Assembly (NCBI GenBank): GCA_020403455.1 | Contig: JADBXP010000021.1 | Coordinates: forward strand, 9,743 to 73,742 | Direction of reading: 5' to 3' | Length of the DNA: 64,000 nucleotides | Source of the DNA: Chitinophagaceae bacterium | Lineage (GTDB): Bacteria; Bacteroidota; Bacteroidia; Chitinophagales; Chitinophagaceae | Shown here: positions 27,117-37,434 of the stretch, piece after piece | Layout of the letters: the number at the start of each line of letters is the position of its first letter | Position numbering within the stretch: position 1 is the stretch's first letter | Notes under the pieces: generated by a model | The model's input: the letters and a program-made list of their open reading frames with translations, nothing else | Database searches by the model: none | Told to the model about the DNA's origin: nothing | Made by a program: the position numbers and the translations under genes

Positions 27117-29062
27117 TGATCAAGTGGTCTTTTTTGACTGGTGGCTATTGAATTGTTAGCAGAAAAATGTACTGCGATAGAGGATATCTTATCTGTAAGA
27201 TGAATAACTAACTTTTTGAATCCTTCATTAGCAGAGTTTTTAGTCAAGGGGAAACTTCTACCCGGGATATAATCTGCTTTGAGTACCTCGAATGATGCCT
27301 GCGTAGGATAAGAAATAGAAACCACGATCTCTTTTCCATTTTGTTTCAAATAGGCTTTTCTTTTATCATTACTTAAGTGTATCGAAGCCTTTGTATGCAT
27401 TTGCCACCAGGCAGAAGTGGCTTCCTTACTTTCCCATTCATCTTGAATGATAATTGTTGAATCCTTCCGATCTAACTGAATGCCTCTTTGATATCGATTC
27501 ACATCTCTGGAATAGCAATTAGTGAGATCAAGAATAAAAAATCCTTTTTCATCCGTTGAAACGGAACGCAGCAGTTGAGCATTTCCTTTTTCATTCTGAT
27601 CAGGACGAATGGAAGGGTTAAAAATCAAACAATTTTTCCCTTCAGCTCTTAATCTATAAAAGTGCCAACGACCGGGTTGAGTTTGTAATGTATCATTATC
27701 CAGATACCCCGGTATGGTTTGTTTGGAAAAATAACCCGGACTTGTATAATCATCTCTACCAAGATTTCCATAAGCCCATACCTCACCGAGTGCCTGAATA
27801 TCAAAACTACCGGCATCTAGGTGCCCATGGTTGGCATTGTTGTATCCACCATGGATTGAAACAAACCAGTCATCTTTCGTCCAGCCAGAGCGAGATGACA
27901 TCACTTCGATACCGCGTATATAAATATCAGAGGGAATTTTTCTTTTAATTTTATAATTGTGGCACATGGCAGGATCGTAGTAAAGTAAATCCATCCAAGA
28001 TACTTTACTGGTCGCCTGACACAAATCATATTGTAACTGAGCCAGAGCTGTATCCTTGTTGTTAGAGGCGAACCAAAAAAAGGATCTGCTTCTTTCATTT
28101 TTAATTGGGTCATCACCAATGTTCAAACTCGTAACCGGTCCGGAAACATAGGCAGGGAACCAACCCGTTTTTTTAAAGCCGGGGAACTGATCCAAATCAA
28201 AACTTGTTCCCATTACTCTTTTAATGCTTTCAATTGTAATGGTTGTGTACATCAATCCATAACTCCAATACATTAATCCTTCTTCGCTTTGACCATCGGG
28301 GTCAAATGACTGAAGATAAGGTGGTAAAGCGTTGATGGCGGCCGCAATGATTTCACTGGAAAGTGCCAGGTCTTCTTCGAAAAGTGCAAGACCAGCCATG
28401 ATAATACCGCCATTACAGATACCATTCCAATTGTGGTGAGCTGTTGACCACCAGATTCTTTTTTTCAGCTGTAAAAGACCTGGGATAAGTACATGTTTTT
28501 TTACTGCCTGCCGTAGTAGAGACTTTCTCTCTGAAGAAAGAAAATCAAAAAGTCCATCATATGCCAATGCAAAATTAAATGCTCCGATACCTGCATCCAG
28601 GAAATGTCTTTCAGCACCCCAATCAGGATAAGATGACATTAATTCAAGCTGTCTCCAGGCCCTGCTGGCAAAAACCGTATCACCGGAAATCCGGTAAGCC
28701 ATCACTAATACGGGAATCTGTGATGCGAATTGGTGTATAGAGGGAACGCGTAATTTGGCTTCATCAAGATAGTACTTCAAAAATGGTTTAGAAAGAACGT
28801 CGTTTGCCTCTTTCATAATCTGATCGACACCCATCTTAACAAGAGGGTCTCCCTGGCTGAATAAATTTTTGATGCGATCAATATCTTTTTTGGAAAAGAA
28901 CAATCTTGGATGTAATCCTTGAACATTGCTAGATTCAAGTCTAGCCCTAATCATTTCCGGTGTAACTGACTTAAATGAGCTTATGCCGGGATTATTTTGA
29001 TAAGAATAACCAGTAAAAAGCAACCAACACAAAACGATATAAAGGATTTTCTTAGGCATCAT
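27110..29062 (-). CDS. heparinase II/III-like protein (candidate polysaccharide lyase), paralogue 1
   Basis: Motifs NANHGHLDAGSF, DWGAERHFLDAGIGAF and WNGICNGG. I chose the start MMPKKILYIV at 29062. Confidence 0.75.
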   Translation of the reverse strand: MMPKKILYIVLCWLLFTGYSYQNNPGISSFKSVTPEMIRARLESSNVQGLHPRLFFSKKDIDRIKNLFSQGDPLVKMGVDQIMKEANDVLSKPFLKYYLDEAKLRVPSIHQFASQIPVLVMAYRISGDTVFASRAWRQLELMSSYPDWGAERHFLDAGIGAFNFALAYDGLFDFLSSERKSLLRQAVKKHVLIPGLLQLKKRIWWSTAHHNWNGICNGGIIMAGLALFEEDLALSSEIIAAAINALPPYLQSFDPDGQSEEGLMYWSYGLMYTTITIESIKRVMGTSFDLDQFPGFKKTGWFPAYVSGPVTSLNIGDDPIKNERSRSFFWFASNNKDTALAQLQYDLCQATSKVSWMDLLYYDPAMCHNYKIKRKIPSDIYIRGIEVMSSRSGWTKDDWFVSIHGGYNNANHGHLDAGSFDIQALGEVWAYGNLGRDDYTSPGYFSKQTIPGYLDNDTLQTQPGRWHFYRLRAEGKNCLIFNPSIRPDQNEKGNAQLLRSVSTDEKGFFILDLTNCYSRDVNRYQRGIQLDRKDSTIIIQDEWESKEATSAWWQMHTKASIHLSNDKRKAYLKQNGKEIVVSISYPTQASFEVLKADYIPGRSFPLTKNSANEGFKKLVIHLTDKISSIAVHFSANNSIATSQKRPLDQW

Positions 29063-30870
29063 TTTGTCTTTTTTAATAATTGATACCAATCACCTGAATA
29101 ATATGCTTTGTCAATTTGATTTACCCTGTTTACATCTCCCTTTTCTCGGGCGAGGTGACGGAGATCCTGATAGATATAAAAGGATAACCAATAGCCATAT
29201 TCATATTTCTGGTGTATGGATAATGGTTTCTTGTAAAAAGCATACCAAGATGAATTTACTTTTTCGGCTGCAGCAACCTGTAAAGCAACCTGTGCATTTG
29301 CCCAAATATCTTCAGCTACTTTCCGAAAAAGACGCTTATAATCTTCATATCCGGCATTAGTAACCTGAATCAAGGCTTTTCGGTCATCAATACCAAGATC
29401 TAGCAATGAGATTCGATCTTCAAACCTGTTATCGCCATCAAGATCGTACTCAATAAGATCAATGAATCCATTTCCATTTGAATCGGAATATTTTACTGTA
29501 GCAAATTGATCAGGTTGGCGTTGTAACCGATCTCTCCCCCATCTTTCATAATTTCCCCCAAAACCCTGAAAAGAGTATGCGAGTTGATCGATGCGCCAAG
29601 CACCCCACTCAGCTCCATAAAGATGTATTCTTCCATCGAATGAACCAATATAGAGTTGTCCCATTCCACTGTTATCCAAATCAAATTCTCCTCGATCACC
29701 AGCGGCGTCAGCTTGTTTGTTATTATCCAGACCACCTTTCTCGGTGCCGACAATAAAAAGGTTCTTGGGGTCATAGAATTCAACCCTTTCCCACCTGTTA
29801 CAATCATCATCTTCATCAAAGACCAATCGACATTCCTGCCAATTTCCCCGTTTGTATATAAGTGAATAGGCAGTATCTCTTCCCGGAAAAAACAGATGGT
29901 CTATTTTACGCCATCTAGCGTCATAAAAAAAGGAGTCGGTTTCTGATTTTCCCGGCATATTTTTAAAAACATGTTTCTGGTCTTCATAATTGAACCCTTT
30001 TCCTTTGAAAAGAATACTCATGTCGTAATCAAATTCATTTCCCGGAGCATTATCACCATCCAAGTCCCAGGTGATCGCTGCATAGTCAATGCTACGGGTG
30101 AATTTGATATCAAATGCTGGGTCTAACTTGTCGAAACCGTTCTTGGTACTGTCAGCATTCCTGAAGACCGGACTGTCCAAAAGTCGAATGGCCCATTCGG
30201 TGAGTCCATCTTTGTCAGGATCATAAAAAATAAACGGATTTTCCCAATTGAATCTTAGATCATCTATTCGAAAACTTGATCCATGCATTTTCAGGAATGT
30301 GGAATTTCCTGAATAATCTTTGAAAAAGTTTGCATGTCCACTGTGTTCCCATGCCTGCATCATGATTTTATTCCAATCGACATAGTGCATTATTTGGTCA
30401 TTGTCATCGTCGAGGATGTACATGTAATCAGCACCCCAGTCATAATAATTTCTTACTTTTAAACCAGCATTATTAACGATAAGTTGCAGATCAGCTTTTC
30501 CATCCTTGTTTTTGTCATACCAATCTATGCTGAAATCCCAGGGGCCGGCAAAAACTCCATCTTTATTACGATCTATCAACAAGCAGTCACTATCGGTATC
30601 ACCTTCCTTTTCTGACCACTTCATATCATCATCATCATCTATCCATAGAATGGGGATAGAATCATTGAGCAGTGCCTTTAAAACATCAGGATCACCATCT
30701 TTATCCAAATCAATGTGGCGTATTTGTGTAACAGTTGGTGAAATGCGCCAAGGCAGTAACTGAGTATTTTTGTTCCAATAAGGAATAGGTGTTTGTGCCA
30801 TTGAAACCAATGGAAATAGGATCAATGTGATGTATATATACTTTTTAAATTGCTGCATAAACCATTTCAA
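29059..30870 (-). CDS. secreted protein of unknown function with multiple DxDxDG-type Ca-binding loops (possible beta-propeller)
   Basis: 603 aa with a signal peptide. Repeated loops: DLDKDGDPD, DRNKDGV, DKNKDGKAD, DPDKDGLTE, DLDGDNAPGNE, DSNGNGFIDLIEYDLDGDNRFED. No family recognised. Confidence 0.5.
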   Translation of the reverse strand: MKWFMQQFKKYIYITLILFPLVSMAQTPIPYWNKNTQLLPWRISPTVTQIRHIDLDKDGDPDVLKALLNDSIPILWIDDDDDMKWSEKEGDTDSDCLLIDRNKDGVFAGPWDFSIDWYDKNKDGKADLQLIVNNAGLKVRNYYDWGADYMYILDDDNDQIMHYVDWNKIMMQAWEHSGHANFFKDYSGNSTFLKMHGSSFRIDDLRFNWENPFIFYDPDKDGLTEWAIRLLDSPVFRNADSTKNGFDKLDPAFDIKFTRSIDYAAITWDLDGDNAPGNEFDYDMSILFKGKGFNYEDQKHVFKNMPGKSETDSFFYDARWRKIDHLFFPGRDTAYSLIYKRGNWQECRLVFDEDDDCNRWERVEFYDPKNLFIVGTEKGGLDNNKQADAAGDRGEFDLDNSGMGQLYIGSFDGRIHLYGAEWGAWRIDQLAYSFQGFGGNYERWGRDRLQRQPDQFATVKYSDSNGNGFIDLIEYDLDGDNRFEDRISLLDLGIDDRKALIQVTNAGYEDYKRLFRKVAEDIWANAQVALQVAAAEKVNSSWYAFYKKPLSIHQKYEYGYWLSFYIYQDLRHLAREKGDVNRVNQIDKAYYSGDWYQLLKKTK

Positions 30871-31907
30871 TTTTTAACGCATCTGAATCCGACGTGATTT
30901 GAACTTGTTTTCCATTCACCACTACCTCGGGTTCCGATGATGTACCTACTGCAAAAATTTTCACTACAAAGAAAGGATCCCCCCTTTTGAACTTTTTTCT
31001 TTTGTCCCGGATCATTCGGGTCAAATGGTTGATTGGGGCCTATGGGATTTTCACATATTTGCGGGGATTGAGAAAAATAGGAAGCATCATACCAGTCGCT
31101 GCACCATTCCCATACATTGCCTTGCAGGTCATAAAGACCCAATTGGTTGGGTGGGTATTTTTTCACCGGTGCTAATCCGGCGTATCCATCCTGTGCCATA
31201 TCCCGATAAGGAAATGCACCCTGAAAGTAATTGGCTTTGGCAGGAGAAATAGAAGACTGTAAGTTGGCACCTGATTTGGCAGCCCACTCCCATTCCGCTT
31301 CGGTCGGTAATCGTTTGCCTGCCCACCTTGCGAAAGCATTAGCATCTTCCCAAGCAATATGAACAACGGGCATATCTTCCTTACCCTTTAAGTCCGAACC
31401 CGGACCCAGGGGATTTTTCCAAGAGGCGCCGGGTACAAATTTCCACCACAAACCGGGTTGATCCAAAGGAACTTGTTGACTGGGGGGGCTGAATACCAGA
31501 GAACCCGGCACCCTTAATGATTCAGGCACACCGGGCAAATCAATTTCAGTGGGTATTCTTTCTGCCACTGTTGTATAGCCTGTAGCCTTAACAAAAGCTG
31601 AAAACTGTGCATTTGTTACTTCCGTCTCATCCATGAAAAAGCCTGACACTTTTACCTTATGAAGTGGAATAGCATCTATCCATTCAACACCGGCATGTTC
31701 AACTCCCATGGAATAGGTACCACCGGGAATCCATTTCATACCTAATGTAGCTTTTATTACCGGCTTTTCAGCAAAATTCGAAGTCAATGGCACAGTACAG
31801 GAGATGATTTCAGGAGTTTGTTTAGTTATTGAAAATTGAGTCAATAACAACCCCGCTGCCAAGAGGCATAAAGTGTTAGTCCCATATCGGAATCCGGGCA
31901 AATGCAT
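30867..31907 (-). CDS. formylglycine-generating enzyme (SUMF1/FGE family)
   Basis: 346 aa. Motifs GNVWEWCSDWY, KGGSFLCS and RLPTEAEWEWAA. Confidence 0.85.
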   Translation of the reverse strand: MHLPGFRYGTNTLCLLAAGLLLTQFSITKQTPEIISCTVPLTSNFAEKPVIKATLGMKWIPGGTYSMGVEHAGVEWIDAIPLHKVKVSGFFMDETEVTNAQFSAFVKATGYTTVAERIPTEIDLPGVPESLRVPGSLVFSPPSQQVPLDQPGLWWKFVPGASWKNPLGPGSDLKGKEDMPVVHIAWEDANAFARWAGKRLPTEAEWEWAAKSGANLQSSISPAKANYFQGAFPYRDMAQDGYAGLAPVKKYPPNQLGLYDLQGNVWEWCSDWYDASYFSQSPQICENPIGPNQPFDPNDPGQKKKVQKGGSFLCSENFCSRYIIGTRGSGEWKTSSNHVGFRCVKN

Positions 31908-31911
31908 TTGA

Positions 31912-33447
31912 CTAATTTAAACCTTTATATCCGTGATCAATTCGTAATTCTTTGATTGGCTTCAATGGAATCTGGAGTCCCCCTGTTTCTTCCAACCACT
32001 GCCACAATTCTTTTTTCATGTCTGCGATGATAGACTGGAAGGACGGGTGACGATATAAGTTTTTCTTTTCTTCCGGATCAGTTTGACAATCGAAGAATTC
32101 AGAAATGTCCCATATTCCCGGATAAAAAACGAATTTATACCTTCCTTTTCTTACCCCCAATGTCGTGGGAGTTTGAGGGTAGCTGAACTCCCAGTAGTAT
32201 TCATAAAATGCCTGATTCCGCCAGTCCTTATTCTTTTGTTGTAGTAATGGGTAGAAGGATCTACCCTGCATGGGAGATGGGATTTTTACCCTTGCAATAT
32301 CAAGGATAGTTGGAGCAATGTCAATGTTTTGAATTACCTGATCTAAAACAATACCCTTACCAATCAACCCTGGTCCATAAATTAGAAGTGGAACCTGGTG
32401 ACTTTCTTTGTACATATTCCTTTTATCTATTAACCCATGCTCCCCCATTAAAAATCCGTTGTCACCCATATAAATTACCACTGTGTTTGAATCCAGTCCT
32501 GTTTTTCTCAGGTATGCAAGTAAAGTTCCCAGACTTTCATCTACACTTAATAAGGTTTCGCAGTATCTCCTGTAAAATTCATCAAAATTTATCCTGCCAT
32601 CATACATAAAATCGACGCCGTGCCAGCTATTTCGCTGGGATATCACCCATTGAGGAATATCATATATGTTAAAATTGCTATCCATTGCAGCTATTGATCT
32701 AGTAGGACTAATTAAGGTATCGCCCCAAATTTTACTTTTTTCGCTAGCTGTGATGTTAATGGTACTTGGGTAATTGATTTTCTGATTGGCATACCGCCCT
32801 CTATGTCGAGGTGCGGGCATGAATTCATCGTGAACACCTTTGTGGGATAGATATAGAAAGAAAGGATTTTTACCTGACTGTTGTTGTATCCATTTGACTG
32901 CGTGTTCTGTTAGCAGATCAGTAATATAGGTGCTGTCACTATAGGTTTGCTTTTCCCCGTTGATATTTAAAACGGGATTAAAATAAACCCCTTGACCTTT
33001 AAAACTTTCCCAATGATCAAATCCCTTTTGAGGTTCATCGCCTACATTACCCATGTGCCACTTACCCATGAAGGCGGTGCGATAACCACTTCTTTTTAAG
33101 AGTTCCGGAAAAAAACTGAGTTGAGGAGGCAGAGGAGAAAAATTATCGACTACCTTGTGCGTATGTGCATATTGACCGGTTAATATACTGGCTCTTGAAG
33201 GTGAACACAAGGCCGTAGTTACTGAGGCATTTTTTACCCATACTCCTTCTCTAGCCATCTGGTCCATTGCAGGTGTTTCCAACCAGGGAACTTTACCGGT
33301 GAACCCCATGAAATCATACCTATGGTCATCCGTTAAAAAAAAAATTACATTAACCTTTTGTTGAGGGGTTTGTGAAATTGCCTTATCGGGTATCCCCTGA
33401 AGAAGGGAAGCCATCAATAGAAAATAAATGGAAAACAGGTTTTTCAT
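31912..33447 (-). CDS. Cys-type sulfatase
   Basis: Motifs LCSPSRASILTG (CxPxR) and FFLTDDH. I chose the start MKNLFSIYFLL at 33447. Confidence 0.85.
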   Translation of the reverse strand: MKNLFSIYFLLMASLLQGIPDKAISQTPQQKVNVIFFLTDDHRYDFMGFTGKVPWLETPAMDQMAREGVWVKNASVTTALCSPSRASILTGQYAHTHKVVDNFSPLPPQLSFFPELLKRSGYRTAFMGKWHMGNVGDEPQKGFDHWESFKGQGVYFNPVLNINGEKQTYSDSTYITDLLTEHAVKWIQQQSGKNPFFLYLSHKGVHDEFMPAPRHRGRYANQKINYPSTINITASEKSKIWGDTLISPTRSIAAMDSNFNIYDIPQWVISQRNSWHGVDFMYDGRINFDEFYRRYCETLLSVDESLGTLLAYLRKTGLDSNTVVIYMGDNGFLMGEHGLIDKRNMYKESHQVPLLIYGPGLIGKGIVLDQVIQNIDIAPTILDIARVKIPSPMQGRSFYPLLQQKNKDWRNQAFYEYYWEFSYPQTPTTLGVRKGRYKFVFYPGIWDISEFFDCQTDPEEKKNLYRHPSFQSIIADMKKELWQWLEETGGLQIPLKPIKELRIDHGYKGLN

Positions 33448-33485
33448 CGTTGTCAAAATTCTTTTCGATAGGTTTCGACTTCTTT

Positions 33486-35591
33486 TTAATTGCCGGTAGT
33501 CCATAAACTCATCGGAATCAATGAGGGTGACATTTGGCTGTTGGATTTAATAAAATCAATACGGATAGTAGTTGCACTACTAAGATCCGACATTTTTATC
33601 TGAAGTTTTCCATACCACTTATTGGGCTTATTTTTTCCATTCATGAGCGATGAAAAAATCGGTTGTGTTTCAGTTAAGTAATTGATAGCGGTTTCTGATC
33701 TATTAACCAATTCAAATACCGCATTTTGCGGGGAAACCAACCGGGCAAAATATGTTTTCCCATTTTTTGTCATGGTTGCCATTTTGCCATCTGAACTAAT
33801 CATAAGCCCGTCTGTAGAAGGGCTGTGCATGATCCAATAGACGGTAGAATTTTTTACGGGAACAAATTCATCCTGAATTGTAATGATGCCTGTACTTCTG
33901 TTCAGTTTGATTCCGCGTTTATAGGATGTAACATCCCTGTTATAATTCGAGGTAAGATCCAAAGTATAGTAACCCCCTGCATTATCGTTAGCCGAACGAT
34001 CTAGTATTGCTTTACCAACAGGATTTTGTTCCGGTCTGGCATCGGGATTGAATACCAGACAACTTTTTCCTTCCGTTCTAATTTTATAGTAACTGTATCT
34101 TCCCACCGTAGTAACGGCATTTCCCATTGGTGCAGAATATACGGGTACGGCTGCAGAGAAATAATCCGAAGGATAAGGAATTTCGAGTCCGAGACTTCCC
34201 ACGGCAAAATTTTCCCCGTTAGCTTGTATAAAAAAAGTACCGGCATCGAGGTGACCATGACTTGCGTTGTTATCACCTCCATGCATTCCTACATACAATG
34301 CATTATCATTGCCAATATTTTCCTGCAAGTACATGTAGTCAATCCCTCTAATATAAGAAGCAAGCGGGAAAGAAGCAGCATTTCCCTGGTCGACTAATGA
34401 CTTTTTATAGAATAATAAATCTGTCCATCCATTCAATTTGATGGTTTTGTTTGAATTAACGGAGAGACATGCATCATAGTGTGTCTTAGCCATATTAGCA
34501 TCTTTCCAGAAATGAGAAAACCAGCAGTAAGAAAGGAATTTGTTGTTTTTTCCTACATATAGGTAATCATCACCAAAAGTGGCAGTTCCTGCCGGACCTG
34601 AAACGAGATAGGGAAAGAGTGCTGTCTTTTTGAATCCAGTCTGTTCGGTTAATCCATAAGTAGTACTCAGGCATCGTTTCATAGATTCAAGTGCAAGAAA
34701 TGTATTGCTCAATCCATAAGCCCAGTATGACATTCCCTCTTCGCTTGCACCATCGGGATCAAATGATTGCATGTAACGAAGCATATTATTAGCACAAAGA
34801 GCAATCAGAGAACTATGAAATGCAGAATCGGTTTCATAGGTTGCGAGGGAAGCCATTATCATCCCCCCCAAACAGATTCCGTTCCAGTTATCGTTGCTCA
34901 GGTACCACTTCCACACGCCGGTATTTGTTTCTATTTGCGTTTTACCAGGTTGTAAAACCAAATTTCTAACAGAGCTTGAAAGACGTTCTCGTTGTTGAAC
35001 TGATAGATAATCAAAGAGTCCATCATACGCCATAGCTATTGCTTTAGCGGCAATCCCTGCATCTAAAAAGTGACGGTTAGCACCCCAGTCCGGATAAGAA
35101 CACATACGATCAAGTTGTTGCCAGCATCTCAGGGCAAATCTAGTGTCCCTTGTAAATTGATAAGCTAATACCAGGAAAGGCAGCTGTTCGTTGGCAAAAG
35201 TATGAATACTGGTTATTCGCAAACCGGCACCGTCTAGACCATACTCTAAAAGAGGGGTGGATAAAACTGTGATGGCCTTGCTGATAATATCATCGTAAGA
35301 TGCTTTTAAAACCTGATCAGCTTGTGCATTTTGTTGTATGGTAATAATATCACTTGTACTGTACAGTAAGCGAGGCCTCACATCTTTCATTTTCATTCCT
35401 GTGAAACACCTCAGCACTTCTGCACCGTCGATTGGTACATTTGCAGTCGACAAAAATGTTGAAGAGTTTCCCCCACCATTGTTTGGCGGGGGTGGTGTTG
35501 GTGTCAGGGGGGATGGCGTAGCATTGTCTTTTGGCTTGGTACATGCCAAAGTAATCAATGTGGCCACGATAGCAAACTTGACCCATCTCAT
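33486..35591 (-). CDS. heparinase II/III-like lipoprotein (candidate polysaccharide lyase), paralogue 2
   Basis: 701 aa. Lipobox LITLAC followed by a Pro-rich linker. Motifs NASHGHLDAGTF and DWGANRHFLDAGIAAK; collinear with 27110..29062. Confidence 0.75.
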   Translation of the reverse strand: MRWVKFAIVATLITLACTKPKDNATPSPLTPTPPPPNNGGGNSSTFLSTANVPIDGAEVLRCFTGMKMKDVRPRLLYSTSDIITIQQNAQADQVLKASYDDIISKAITVLSTPLLEYGLDGAGLRITSIHTFANEQLPFLVLAYQFTRDTRFALRCWQQLDRMCSYPDWGANRHFLDAGIAAKAIAMAYDGLFDYLSVQQRERLSSSVRNLVLQPGKTQIETNTGVWKWYLSNDNWNGICLGGMIMASLATYETDSAFHSSLIALCANNMLRYMQSFDPDGASEEGMSYWAYGLSNTFLALESMKRCLSTTYGLTEQTGFKKTALFPYLVSGPAGTATFGDDYLYVGKNNKFLSYCWFSHFWKDANMAKTHYDACLSVNSNKTIKLNGWTDLLFYKKSLVDQGNAASFPLASYIRGIDYMYLQENIGNDNALYVGMHGGDNNASHGHLDAGTFFIQANGENFAVGSLGLEIPYPSDYFSAAVPVYSAPMGNAVTTVGRYSYYKIRTEGKSCLVFNPDARPEQNPVGKAILDRSANDNAGGYYTLDLTSNYNRDVTSYKRGIKLNRSTGIITIQDEFVPVKNSTVYWIMHSPSTDGLMISSDGKMATMTKNGKTYFARLVSPQNAVFELVNRSETAINYLTETQPIFSSLMNGKNKPNKWYGKLQIKMSDLSSATTIRIDFIKSNSQMSPSLIPMSLWTTGN

Positions 35592-35610
35592 GGTTTGATC
35601 TGCTTTTAAA

Positions 35611-37410
35611 TTACCAACCGGGGTTTTGACTCAACGAACCATTGCTCTTTGAAATTTCATCAAAAGGGATGGGATATAAATACATTTTTTGATCGAAAAC
35701 CCTATTTTCTACTACAAATCTTTGATAAGAAAATGTGTTATCGGGATTTTTAATTACACGCATACCAAATAGTGGACCTGAATCGGTTTGTTCAGCAATT
35801 TTCCATCTTCTAACATCAAAGAAACGATGTTCTTCAAAAGCGAGTTCTACCCTTCTTTCATTGCGAATTCTAGCCCTCATTTCTGACTGCGAAAGACCAA
35901 GGGGTATCGCAGGCATACCAGCTCTTGTTCTTACAAGATTTACTGCATCTCTAGCTGATCGCGTAAATGGCACACCTCCGAAAGATGGCATGGCATCAGG
36001 ACCATAAGCTTCGTTCATTGCTTCGGCAAAATTGAGCAATACCTCAGCGAATCTCATCAATACCCAGGATTTTGCTCTGGTATTTGTTCTTGTCAAATCA
36101 TAATTTTCAACACATGATTTTCTCAGATAATAACCGGTAGTCGTAGCACCAATCTTTGCACCTATTCCATCCAGTCCACCCTGGAATGACTCGGTAATTC
36201 GAGCAGAGTTATTGGTATTCAAACCCATGGTTGAGTTATTTAGTACGACTATAAAACCAAGTCTGGGGTCTCTGTTTAAGTAAGGATTAGCAGGATCATA
36301 TCCTGAAGTAGGATCAGTTATGGGTTTTCCGGTGGTTCTCATTTCAAATGCATCTACCAAATTTTGAGAGGGACAGGTCGCACCTGCTCCGCCATTAGTC
36401 ATTCCAACAGGATAGTTTGCTCTCTCAAATGCATCGCTAGTCTGACTAAAAGGTCGTGTAAGTATTATACCCGTATTAGCTCCTTTCCGAGGGGTAAGTG
36501 TGTTGGTTGTATTTTGGGACATGAACAAATCACGGTAATTCGAAAACAGAAAATTAACGTGGGAACAATTGGGGTCGGAAAAGATTTGCTGGCCTGCTGC
36601 TGCAGAACGCTGCCAAAGACTTATATCTCCTGTGGTATTGTGCAGAGGACTAGCAGCAAACAATAAAGCGCGTTGTTTCAGGACAATAGCAGCGGGTTTT
36701 TCTACTCTTCCCAAGCGAGAAATATCTGAACTGCCCGGAGCATCACCCCTGCCAACTGTTTGACCCGCGGGTATGCCATAATTAAGATAATGGTTGGTTA
36801 AATCATTATAAACTGAATCACATTCGGCAGCCACAAAATTCGCGCATTCTAAAAAAGTATTTCTCCTTAAGGTAACTGCCTCTTCCGGTGATACAGTTTT
36901 AGTTATTATAGGAATTCCTCCATATCTTTTGATTAACTCCATATAAAAGTAAGCACGCAAAAATCTTACTTCGGCACGAAGTTTTACAAAGTCATCCACA
37001 TTGATAATATAGTTGGCTTTATTGGTGATAGTATCTTGAACTAATAGTGCTCGAAAATCAACAGTTTGTTCAAGGAAAAGATTGGCATGACGAATGGCAC
37101 GGTAGTAATAAGCAAAAACGTCATCTGGATTGGTAAAAGGTCCCCATGCCCCGAAATTAAAATTTTGAATGTCCCCAAAACGTGCATAGTCGGCCTCATC
37201 AGAAGCGGAAGCCAACATTGCGTTCCCATCGAATCTGTTGAATTGTGGCAGATAGTTATACACGCCCATTCCAAATGCTCTTAAATTGTTGAATCCCGAA
37301 TTAAGGAACATCTCCTGATCGAAATTCTGCTGTATCTGAGTATCTAGAAAATCCTTTTTACATGCTGCAAGTAAGGAGATGGTAGATAGTATAAAAATAT
37401 ATTTTTTCAT
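35611..37410 (-). CDS. SusD/RagB family lipoprotein (pair 2)
   Basis: 599 aa. Lipobox LLAAC. C-terminal motifs ERRVELAFEEHRFFDVRRW and YLYPIPFDEI. Confidence 0.9.
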   Translation of the reverse strand: MKKYIFILSTISLLAACKKDFLDTQIQQNFDQEMFLNSGFNNLRAFGMGVYNYLPQFNRFDGNAMLASASDEADYARFGDIQNFNFGAWGPFTNPDDVFAYYYRAIRHANLFLEQTVDFRALLVQDTITNKANYIINVDDFVKLRAEVRFLRAYFYMELIKRYGGIPIITKTVSPEEAVTLRRNTFLECANFVAAECDSVYNDLTNHYLNYGIPAGQTVGRGDAPGSSDISRLGRVEKPAAIVLKQRALLFAASPLHNTTGDISLWQRSAAAGQQIFSDPNCSHVNFLFSNYRDLFMSQNTTNTLTPRKGANTGIILTRPFSQTSDAFERANYPVGMTNGGAGATCPSQNLVDAFEMRTTGKPITDPTSGYDPANPYLNRDPRLGFIVVLNNSTMGLNTNNSARITESFQGGLDGIGAKIGATTTGYYLRKSCVENYDLTRTNTRAKSWVLMRFAEVLLNFAEAMNEAYGPDAMPSFGGVPFTRSARDAVNLVRTRAGMPAIPLGLSQSEMRARIRNERRVELAFEEHRFFDVRRWKIAEQTDSGPLFGMRVIKNPDNTFSYQRFVVENRVFDQKMYLYPIPFDEISKSNGSLSQNPGW

Positions 37411-37434
37411 ATCGCTAAATGTTATCTTATAATA

